From contig JBJCIZ010001624.1 in NCBI GenBank assembly GCA_051294375.1, positions 1-11,603 on the forward strand: DNA of 11,603 nt, written 5' to 3'. Numbering within the stretch: the stretch's first letter is position 1; the number at the start of each line of letters is the position of its first letter. A program made the position numbers and the translations under genes. This document shows positions 1 through 8,464 of this stretch, in pieces. The stretch is from Paraspadella gotoi. Its lineage: Eukaryota > Animalia > Chaetognatha. The notes beneath the pieces are model-generated. The model was given only the letters and a program-made list of their open reading frames with translations. It ran no database searches and was not told the origin of the DNA.

Positions 1-150
1 ACGACGACGACGACGATGATACCGAAGATGATTTAAACGAAGAATCTAAATTTAGACGGAAAGAGGCGCGATTGAAGAAGTCCTTTGACAAATCGGCTTA
101 ACGAAAACGACGACGACGACGACGACGAACGACGAAGATGACGACGACGA
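1..150. repeat. Imperfect (ACG)n trinucleotide tracts
   Basis: ACG runs at 1-15 and about 107-150, interrupted by GAAC/GAT variants. Confidence 0.85.
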
Positions 151-271
151 ATAAAATGATGACACCTTCCCCCTTTTTCGTAGCAGATGACAAGAATTGT
201 AACAATAAATAAATTGACTCTAAATCTATAGGACGACGACTGGACGAAATTGACTATTACAATCATATGGG

Positions 272-435
272 AGACTGGAAACAGACTGGAAACAGACTGG
301 AAACAGACTGGAAACAGACTGGAAACAGACTGGAAACAGACTGGAAACAGACAGGAAACAGACTGAAACAGACTGGAAACAGACTGGAAACAGACTGGAA
401 ATAGACTGGAAACAGACTGGAAACAGACTGGAAAC
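272..435 (+). repeat. Tandem array of 11-bp unit AGACTGGAAAC, 15 copies
   Basis: Units start at 272, 283, 294, 305, 316, 327, 338, 349, 360, 370, 381, 392, 403, 414 and 425. Twelve are perfect; variants are AGACAGGAAAC (349), AGACTGAAAC (360, 1-nt deletion) and AGACTGGAAAT (392). Confidence 0.97.
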
Positions 436-480
436 ATTAGTAAATACTAGGACAATGCGGAAAAATGACTATGAAAACTG

Positions 481-646
481 CGACGACGACGACAACGGCG
501 ATAAAATGGATATTGGACAAAGTCAACAACGATCAAAATAAGAAAAGCGACAGTGACGACGACGAACGACGACGACGACAAACAACGAACAACGACGAAC
601 AATGACGAACGACGAACGACGAACGACGAACGACGACGACGACGAC
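481..646. repeat. Imperfect (ACG)n / (ACGAACG)n tracts
   Basis: CGA runs at 481-493 and mixed GAC/GACGAAC units at about 556-646. Confidence 0.85.
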
Positions 647-1038
647 AGGGGAACTCAAAAATCCGAAGCTCCGATCGTAAATTACTCGCCTGGTTTTTGG
701 GGCGACTAATTATTATGAGATTTTCGGTGTCGGTCGAGTCGACGAAGGTGGGCCGCCCCGCCGCTCGTATGTCGAGACGGAATAGAGAAGAGAATTACGA
801 CCTCTCTTTCTGTTTTTTTTTTCCTTCTTCTCTTTCATCCTTTTTTCTTTTCTTTTTGTTTTTTATTTCTGTTTCTCCCTTTCATATTTTTTTTTATATT
901 TGTTCCGTAAAAAATTTGTTATAAATAAAAAAAAAAACCGATAGAGACGAAGATTTTCGTAAAAATATAAATCATATTCGACGTGATTGCCCTTTTTTTT
1001 CATTAAAGATGATTAATCGTTTTTATCACGCGAGAGGG

Positions 1039-1109
1039 CGACGACGAAGCCGACGAGTATTACGACGAAGATAAAAAACGACGATAACGACGACGACGAC
1101 AACGACGAC
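1039..1109. repeat. Imperfect (ACG)n tract
   Basis: Repeated CGA units, most continuous at about 1078-1109. Confidence 0.7.
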
Positions 1110-1368
1110 AAAAAAAAATCCCTGAAACAAAAACTTTTTGAATTTTTTCTCTCCCCATTCTTTTTTTTTCATTTGTACCCAGAAGTTGAAAGTTAATGGA
1201 CTTGGTCAGTAAGGCGGGCCAAAATTGAACAGTTTTTATAACTTCTAGTTCTCTCAAAAAAAATTCCTTTTTTCCTTCTATTACTAAATCGATTTTAAAA
1301 GAGAGAGATGATTAAAAAAAAATATTATAAATAAAACAGAGGAGATGAGAAAAAAGGGAAAATCAGTT

Positions 1369-1480
1369 TGGTCGTGTGGGCGGGATTCGAACCCGGGACT
1401 TCCGGGATTTTTCTTCCAAAATTTATAACTCGGTAACTGAAAAGGGTTAGAGTCTCGAGATGCCATATTGCTAATTGGAG
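1369..1480 (-). pseudogene. Degenerate tRNA-like / Pol III element (tRNA pseudogene or SINE head)
   Basis: Minus strand has a consensus B box GGTTCGAATCC (1393-1383) in a T-arm CCGGG-TTCGAAT-CCCGC, followed by CCACACG-A-CCA at tRNA spacing (CCA at 1371-1369) and T4/T6 runs just downstream. A loose A-box-like TAGCAATATGG lies at 1473-1463. Acceptor and D stems do not pair, so it is not a canonical tRNA. Confidence 0.4.
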
Positions 1481-2130
1481 AGAATGGGGGGAAAAAGGGG
1501 GGGGAGAGAGAAAACGAAAATCTGAAAGCCAAGGAAATGGTTATTATGGTGGAGGTGGGGGGAAGTTAGATTATAGTATGTTCGTGAAGAGAGATGGAGA
1601 GTGATAGGTGGCAGCATTTTATATGTTGCCAGTAAACGGAGCTGAGAGGGGGATCGAAGATGGGATGAAAAAATGGGTTATAGGGGTGTGGGAGAGAGGA
1701 AGGAAAGGGAAGAGAGGAAAGAGGGGACAGAAGAAATAGAGTAGGAATAGACGAGGGAAAGGATTGAAGAGAAGCTAGTGAAGAACTGTAGATAAAAGAA
1801 AGGGATTGAAATTGGAAAGAGGGAATCTGTGGGCGATTTCCTTGTGTTTTGTTGTTTTCTGTAGTCGATTGTGGGTGTAATCGCTTCTTTGAGTGGATTC
1901 CATTTTGGGAGGATTCCTTGTGGTTGTGAAGTCCCATTTGATTTCATTTGATTCGCGGAAGAACAAAGGAAAAATCGATCGAGTTAATCGGATGTTGAAA
2001 CAAAAGCCACAAAAAAAGATTAAAATAAACCACTTTGTACCTTTGTCGCCTTCAAAACGAGATAAAACACAAATGAACCGCTTAAAACGATTTCGATTCT
2101 CGTCCGTCCAGGATTCCGTTACGTCGGGTC

Positions 2131-2360
2131 TTTCTCTCCTCCTCCTCCTTCCTCCTCTCTCCTCACTCCCTTCCTCTCTCGATGTGAATGATAAATTGGA
2201 AATCGGGGAAATTCAAAAACGCCAACAACTGACCATGGTCCTCTCACTCTCACTCTCCTCTCACTCTCTCTCTCTCTCCTCTCTCTCCTCTCTCTCTCTC
2301 TTCTCTCATCTCTCTCTGCTCCGTCTCTTCTCTTCTCTCTCTCTTCTCGTCCTCTCTCTT
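2131..2360. repeat. Imperfect (CTC)n and (CT)n microsatellites
   Basis: Pyrimidine tracts at about 2131-2180 and 2240-2360. Confidence 0.9.
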
Positions 2361-2473
2361 CATTCCTCACTTATAACATCGAAAGCCTCTTTCGCTTTAA
2401 AACTTACAACTTGTTTTACTCAATTCTCATCTGCGGATACAGCGAGAGAAAAAAATCCATTTGGTTGGTCTTT

Positions 2474-2500
2474 CGTCGTCGTCGTCTCGTCGTCGTCGTT
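2474..2500. repeat. (CGT)n tract, reverse orientation of ACG
   Basis: TCGTCGTCGTCGTCTCGTCGTCGTCGT visible directly. Confidence 0.8.
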
Positions 2501-2995
2501 CGTCCGTCATCGCCAATCGTCCCTTTGTCTTTTGTTTGACTTGTCCTTAGTAGTGAGTTGTTCTATTTGTATAACAAATTGGTACAAGCATATAAAAATT
2601 TATTCCATTCATATTAATAAATAAGCTATCTTACAAACACTGACTTTGGACAGGCTTTGGTGGTTTAAGGAATCCATTCATTCTTACACAGATAATAACA
2701 ATAGCCCAGGTCCCTGCAAGCTTTTCAATCAAGACCTCTCAAAGTCTCGTTTATTCACTCCAGAGTATCCTGGCTTCCCTATCATATATTTCAAAGGAAT
2801 GTTTCAATTGTATGAAAAGACCACTCCACTTAAGTATTAGATCGGGGAATACTTATTGTACTCGCGCAACTAGCAATCAAAAATACCAAGGAGCTGAATT
2901 TTATGAAATTGGTACAATTATCAACAAAATCTTTTTATATATAAAAATTATTTATATCATCCCCGATCCATGTAAGCGTCTCTAATTGAATGTGG

Positions 2996-3024
2996 ACGAC
3001 GACGACGACGAACGACGCGACGAC
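2996..3024. repeat. (ACG)n tract
   Basis: ACGACGACGACGACGAACGACGCGACGAC visible directly. Confidence 0.8.
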
Positions 3025-3446
3025 AAATAAGAACGCTAACGGCGAAAACGAGAGACAGACAAAGATCAAAGAGAACAGACAGACTGATAGACAGACTGGA
3101 GGGTAAACGATTGCATACTTCCAATGTCCAGTAAGACTTCTATAGATAAACTCGAGAACCAGTTTAACCCAACCTTTCACAAATCACGACAAATAGAAAT
3201 ACACGACCCCCCTCCACCACACACATCCCACATCCCACAACGTTCGCCGCAGTCGATTCGTCGCAGACAAACCCCCGTCCACGATTTTACGAACGCGAAA
3301 ATAAATCGATGCGAAAAAAAATGTTTTTGTGTGATCAAAAAAATATTTGGGAAAAAAAGGAGAATAAAAAAGGGAAAAAAAAGGGAGAAATGCCGAATTC
3401 CGAGCTATAGAATCGTCGAGTGGCGGAGAATAAATAAAGACGGGGA

Positions 3447-3669
3447 TTGTTGTTGTTGTGTTGTTAATTATTGTTGTTTATTGTTATTTTGTTATTATGT
3501 GCTTTTAATAAATAGGTTTTACAACGAACTTTGGTTGTCGTCGTTGTTATCGTTTTGTTTTTTAGTTTTTGTGGTTTGTTATTTTGTTATTTAAAAAATG
3601 AAAAGTGACGCTCGTCGTAATCGTTCTTTTTTGTTGTTGTTTGACCTTTAATTTTGGTGTTGTTGTTGT
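3447..3669. repeat. Degenerate (TTG)n-rich region
   Basis: Multiple TTGTTGTTG runs mixed with TTA and T tracts. Confidence 0.75.
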
Positions 3670-3882
3670 CGGTGAGAATACTGAGTGAAGGAGGTGACAT
3701 TATCGATCGTTTGAAAGTTTTTAATGGTGAAGAAGGTTGGTAAGGTCTTGGGTAAAGTTTAAGGCCAAGAAGTGTGGGGCTCAGGAAAGTTCATCGAACA
3801 AGAGGAATTTTTTAGTGAACTTGAGGATAGAAGAACATAAGATGAACGGGATGAGAGGGTGAAGGGTTATAGATGCTGTATA

Positions 3883-4118
3883 GGAGAGAGAGGATAGAAA
3901 TAAATGAGGGGATAAAGAAGAGGAAAGAGGGAAAGAAGAGGAAAGGAAAAAGAAAAAGGAGAGAAAAGGAGAAAATGAGAGAGAGAAGATGAAAGAGAGA
4001 GAGAACAGGTAAGGGAATGAGAGAAAAAAGAGAGAGGAAAGAGGAAAGAAATTAGAAGGAAATGGTAAGAAGAGAAATGAGAGAGAAAAAGAGAAGAGAG
4101 AGTGAAGAGGAAAAGGAA
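3883..4118 (+). repeat. Long irregular polypurine (G/A) tract
   Basis: About 235 nt almost devoid of pyrimidines, with mixed GAGA, GGAAA and AAAG units. Confidence 0.85.
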
Positions 4119-4135
4119 ATATAGATAATGATAAT

Positions 4136-4294
4136 ATGTTGTGTCATTTAATTGTGAAAATTGTAGAAAAGTTTGCGATAGAGTGGCCAGAAAGAATAAA
4201 TATGCAGGCTGTGAAATAAGGAGAGATTTTTACATATGATTGAGTACACACTGATGGGAACAGCGCATTGGCAGCCGTGGAATTCCGAAAAATG
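4136..4294 (+). pseudogene. Possible ankyrin-repeat-like coding fragment with two in-frame stops
   Basis: Reads MLCHLIVKIVEKFAIEWPERINMQAVK*GEIFTYD*VHTDGNSALAAVEFRKM. Loosely resembles ankyrin consensus segments GHLEIVKLL, IN-Q and DGNTALH-A, by eye only. Confidence 0.15.
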
Positions 4295-4305
4295 AGAGAG
4301 AGTAA

Positions 4306-4399
<94 letters not shown>

Positions 4400-4424
4400 G
4401 AGAGAGAGAAAGAGAGAGAGGGAG
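4294..4424. repeat. (GA)n microsatellite
   Basis: Perfect (AG)25 at 4311-4360 followed by phase-shifted GA runs. Confidence 0.97.
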
Positions 4425-4631
4425 ACGGATGATGAACGCTCGAACATTTAAAAGGAAGATGTGGCGACCTTAACTCAGTAACCAAAGAAAAGGGTTTAGA
4501 GATTAAAACTTCCTTTCGAACAAAAATCCCTGTTTACGAACTAAAACAAACTGACAAAGTGTTACGAACCTATCTGATGTTGCAATATAATTTTAATAAT
4601 GATTGATGGAAAACTTAAAGAGGGGGAAGGT

Positions 4632-4636
4632 AGAGA

Positions 4637-4726
<90 letters not shown>
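4632..4726. repeat. (GA)n microsatellite
   Basis: Near-continuous GA with a few single-A interruptions. Confidence 0.97.
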
Positions 4727-4728
<2 letters not shown>

Positions 4729-5002
4729 AGAAAAAGTAAGCCAATCAGACCGCAAAATTTGTAATGAATCTTGTGCCAATCGGGGTGTGATGCTAAAAAG
4801 AAATAGAGAAATAATAAAAGAAAAAATAAAGATCAAAGAAAACGAAAGACAAAAAAAAACAAAACAAAAAGAACAAAAAAAAATACCAACTTTTGCGAAT
4901 GAAAAAATCTTTTTCCTTTTGAGTTTTCGCGTTTATGGTTGATTACTGCATCCTGTTTAAAAGATTGGGTTCCGACGAACCCTGTCTCTTTTTTTTAAAA
5001 TT

Positions 5003-5240
5003 CTCTTCTCTCTCTCTCTCTCGTCTGCTCTCTCTCTCTCTCTCTCTCTCAATCTGCCATCGTCTTCTTTCTTCTGCTTCTCTCGTCTCTCGTCTCTCTT
5101 TCTCTCTGATCTCTTGGTTATTTTTTACAAACGTCTTTTTATCTCTCTCAATTATCTTTGCTGGCGTCCGGAAATAAGGTCTGCTCCTCCTCTCAGGTGC
5201 GGCCGCTTTGATCTAATGCCTCCTCTGTCTCTCTTCCCTC

Positions 5241-5271
<31 letters not shown>

Positions 5272-5328
5272 CTCTCGTCGTCTCCTCTCTCGTCTCGTCC
5301 TTCTCTTCTCCGTCTCTCCTCATCTCTC
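5003..5328. repeat. Two imperfect (CT)n microsatellites with CGT interruptions
   Basis: CT tracts at about 5003-5106 and 5222-5328. Confidence 0.9.
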
Positions 5329-5481
5329 GGTGTCCAGTTGTGAAGGCTTGCAAGAATTCAGTGTTGATCAGAGAGAAAAACTTTCTTTTAAAAATCGAGG
5401 GTAAAAAAGGGATTTTTGAACTCGATCGAGTGTTTTGCCAGTAAGATCAAAGACAACAAGGACTTCAACACAAGAGTCTTT

Positions 5482-5710
5482 GAAAGAAAGAAAGAAAGAA
5501 ATGAAAGAAAGAAATAAAGCATAGATGATAGACTGATAAATAAGTATAGATAGATAGATAGATAATAGATAGAAAGAAAGAAAGAAAAAGAAAGAAAAGG
5601 AAAGAAAGAAAAGACAAGAAAGAAAGAAAGAAAGAAAAGAAAAAAGAAAGATAAAAAGAAAGAAAGAAAAAAATAAAGAAAGAAAGATAGAATAGAAAGA
5701 AAAGAAAGAA
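5482..5710. repeat. Compound tetranucleotide microsatellite (GAAA)n-(GATA)n-(GAAA)n
   Basis: GAAA at about 5482-5515, GATA at about 5521-5571 and imperfect GAAA at about 5572-5710. Confidence 0.93.
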
Positions 5711-5888
5711 CCGAATCAACCAAACTACCAAAAAAAATCGGCAATATTGAAAGAAAGAGAAAAAAAAGGAAATAAGGAAAAAGAAAAAAAGTAAATGAAG
5801 CCTCCGGTTACGCTGAACTTTACCAAATGATGATTTTGGGTTTGAACGGGTCAAGTTCGACTGTCAAAGGTCGACCATCAAAGTGAGC

Positions 5889-5894
5889 GAGAGA

Positions 5895-5964
<70 letters not shown>
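5889..5964. repeat. (GA)n microsatellite
   Basis: Near-continuous GA with single-A interruptions. Confidence 0.97.
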
Positions 5965-5969
<5 letters not shown>

Positions 5970-6791
5970 CAGAATTTTTCGCGCTTCGCTCCGTTTCTGT
6001 ACTGTTTTTTTTTCTTCTTTTTTTTATTACTTTCTTTTTTTATTTTTGAGTCTCCCTATTGTTTTTTTTTTTTTTCTCATATATGTTTTATTACCTTTTT
6101 TTTTCTTCTTTACTTTTTTGAAGAACTTGTCAGTCGAATCTTGTCACTTGCTCTATTTCTTGGTGGTTGTCCTCGTCTTCTTTCGTGGTCAGTTTGTCAT
6201 GTTCTTTTTTAATTGTGACAAACGTTTAAATCAAATAGTCGTTTGTAAAACAGTCCCCTTTAACTTGTCTTATCGAAATTTTATTGTTTATCTTTTTTAA
6301 TTCTTGAGCAATTGTCTTCTTTTTTTCTTTCAAAAATCAATTTTTGTAGAAATAATGCACATCAAATTCGTTAGCGTTGATCCCGAACAACTTCATTACG
6401 CAAGTTAACGGGTACCGAACTGTCTAAATAAATTCGGCGGCAATTACTTCAAGTTTCGATCTATTTATTTATCTACTTATTTTCAAAAAAATGTTAAAAA
6501 CGCGAATGAAAAGAAAAAGACGTTTTTTTTTTTCACGGAGAAAAAGAAGAAAAAGAAAAGAAAGAAAAAGTAAACCGAATTTATGTTCTTTCCGTAAATT
6601 TTAGGGTTGAAAAGGAAAATCCGATTACTTTTTTTTGTTGAACGATAATTTTTTTGGAAAAAAAACATTATATTTTTCTTCGTTGAATTTCGAATCTCTG
6701 AATGATTTTGGATTCCTGGTTTCTTCGAAAATCAAAATGCCGCCATTTCCGGGTAAAAGAAACATATATTCGAGGCCCGGACACCCGGAAA

Positions 6792-6863
6792 GGGGGGGGA
6801 GTGGGTTGAGGGGGGGGGGTAGCGGTACGGGTAAACGCGGGGGGGGTTGTCGTTGGGGGGGGG
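6792..6863 (+). other. G-run cluster with G-quadruplex potential
   Basis: G8 (6792-6799), G3 (6803-6805), G10 (6810-6819), G3 (6829-6831), G8 (6839-6846) and G9 (6855-6863), separated by 3-9 nt loops. Confidence 0.75.
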
Positions 6864-7027
6864 AACAGTCTAACAGAAAAAGAGTATTTATGAATGGATT
6901 GGAGATTTGGAGAATGAGAAAAAGGCAGAATAAAGGAGTTCGTGAGGGCACTAAAGGTGGGAGAGTTCCGAAGCGAGGACATAAGGAAATCATAGGGATA
7001 CAAAAGGTAGGGTCAGGGGTTTCAGTC

Positions 7028-7088
7028 GAGCGGTTGAAGGGTTGAGTTTGGGGGTCTGGGCTTGGAGATGAGCGGTTGAGGGTGAGTT
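7028..7088 (+). repeat. Short direct repeat, 2 copies
   Basis: GAGCGGTTGAAGGGTTGAGTT (7028-7048) and GAGCGGTTGAGGGTGAGTT (7070-7088) differ only by two 1-nt run-length indels. Confidence 0.75.
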
Positions 7089-7592
7089 GAGATGAGAAGC
7101 GTTGAATCTCAGAGGTTAAAGCGATCGATCGCGAAGGGAAATGAGATATTTCACGGAATTCGATGAAAACTCGAGTCAGAAGAATCAAGAAAAAAATAAA
7201 AAAATGAAGAGGAAGAATAAAAAGAAAAGAATTAAAAATAAAAGGATGACGAAGCAAAGAGAAGGTAGCAAAAAAACCGTGAAAGGTAAGTCAAATAGGT
7301 TAATCAAAGCTTAAACGTCACCCAAATTTGTCAAGTATGAAAATCGCGAGCGGCGAAATTACTGTAATTATATGAAAATTCATTTTCCGTTAATTTTCCT
7401 TTCGTTTTTTCGCTTTTTTTGAGACGATGTACATCTTTTATTCCGACTGATGAAGAGTGGAATTGTTATCACTGTCCGTTTCGTCCCTACGTTTTTCTTC
7501 TCTTTCTCTTGCACTTTCCACTTTCAACTTTCGTTTTCGAAGTTCCGAATTTTTCCACGAAGCGCGAATGGAGTTTCTTCTCCTTCCGCCGG

Positions 7593-7680
7593 CACGAAAT
7601 TCACGTTTTCACAACGAATTCCATCGTTTCAGACACGAAATTCATTCGTTTCACACGAATTCATGCGTTTCACACCGAAA
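7593..7680 (+). repeat. Degenerate ~19-20 bp tandem array, consensus CACGAA(A)TTCATNCGTTTCA, 4 copies plus a partial
   Basis: CACGAAATTCACGTTTTCA (7593), CAACGAATTCCATCGTTTCA (7612), CACGAAATTCATTCGTTTCA (7634), CACGAATTCATGCGTTTCA (7654), CACCGAAA (7673). Confidence 0.85.
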
Positions 7681-8118
7681 CGCATTTTGAAGGAACAACA
7701 TTTTTATATTGTTTTTTAGTTTATTTTTTTGTTTGTTCGTTTCGTTTACGACGAAACGATCGGCGCGGTCGGACGGAAACGACGAACGATGACGACGACG
7801 AAGAAAAACCTTTCTTTCCCGAAAGAAAAGAAATTGGGAAGAAGTAAAAAGTCGGCTTTGTGAAATTCATGCACGGAATAATTTGACGGTAAAGAGCGAA
7901 TTTAGGAAAGATTGGCAAAGAAAGATTGAGACGGTACAAATGTCTCGGTAGAACCGATTGACTATTCGTAAAAAGACCACAGACAGCGTCACGGGCCGGG
8001 ACATTACAAACGACATGAGACGGGGGGGGGTCGGGCGGTAAACTATCTCGCTCGAGTGGACAGTAGAACCCCGAACATCGAATATTCCTATAATTCGGAT
8101 TCAGCGCGCGTCGATCTA

Positions 8119-8154
8119 GAGAGAGAGGCGAGAGAGAAGAGAGAGAGAGAGAGA
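8119..8154. repeat. Short imperfect (GA)n microsatellite
   Basis: GA run visible directly. Confidence 0.85.
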
Positions 8155-8413
8155 AACGGAAAAGAATGAGATGGAAGAGTGAGTTCAGCGAAATTTTCAC
8201 CGGACGCGATTTTTTGCAATATTTTTTATTGGCGAAGAGTTTCGTCCGGTAACGGATGTTGTATGTCGTTGACTCTCGCGATTCTTTGCCGGATTCCCAC
8301 GCGGCGAAAAATACGACGAATTTTTTCTTTTTTTCCATTTTTTTTTTCCCCCAGCGAAAAGACGAGACGAAAGACGACGATAAGAAGACGATAAGACAGA
8401 CGAATCCAAAGAA

Positions 8414-8464
8414 GTGACGGTCGCGTCGCGCTGTCGCGCCACAGGCGGAAAGGCGGACCGTTGC
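8414..8464 (+). other. GC-rich stem-loop followed by G7 and T8 runs
   Basis: GTGACGGTC (8414-8422) pairs with GACCGTTGC (8456-8464) using two G-U pairs, with inner helices CGTC/GGCG and CTGT/ACAG. Confidence 0.45.

Larger units (their letters stand above)
3..709 (+). pseudogene. Possible 3' part of an Asp-rich low-complexity coding region, broken by frameshifts and stops (remnant or sequencing error)
   Basis: From nt 3 the frame reads DDDDDDTEDDLNEESKFRRKEARLKKS. After 1-nt shifts it continues LTNRLNENDDDDDDE, DEDDDDE, IDSKSIGRRLDEIDYYNHMGDWKQ and finally DDDDRGTQKSEAPIVNYSPGFWGD-TAA (707-709). Several indels must be assumed and no domain is recognised. Confidence 0.3.

Noticed and set aside
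272-435. CRISPR array or telomeric repeat
   Set aside because: Units are contiguous with no spacers and no cas genes are present. The array is internal and the unit is not a telomere repeat I recognise.
33-437. 134-aa minus-strand ORF (FPVCFQSVSSL repeats)
   Set aside because: It is open only because the 11-mer and ACG repeats lack stops, and it is antisense to the more protein-like plus frames.
1880-1888. ATCGCTTCT resembling the U2 snRNA 5' end, and TAAGATCAA near 5442
   Set aside because: Each match is only 9 nt, they lie 3.5 kb apart, and neither continues into the U2 branch-pairing region.
1893-2624. 243-aa plus-strand ORF
   Set aside because: Non-ATG start, runs through CT and CGT microsatellites giving Leu/Ser runs, and has no recognisable domain.
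4144-6300. Many Leu/Ser-, Phe- and Arg/Glu-rich ORFs
   Set aside because: They are translations of (CT)n, (TTTC)n, poly-T and (GA)n tracts.
6601-6608. TTAGGG telomere-like word, with similar words near 1444 and 10994
   Set aside because: Isolated single copies expected by chance.
6625-7257. 210-aa Pro-rich minus-strand ORF and overlapping ORFs
   Set aside because: Proline runs come from G homopolymers, several overlapping frames are open due to base skew, and no domain is recognised.
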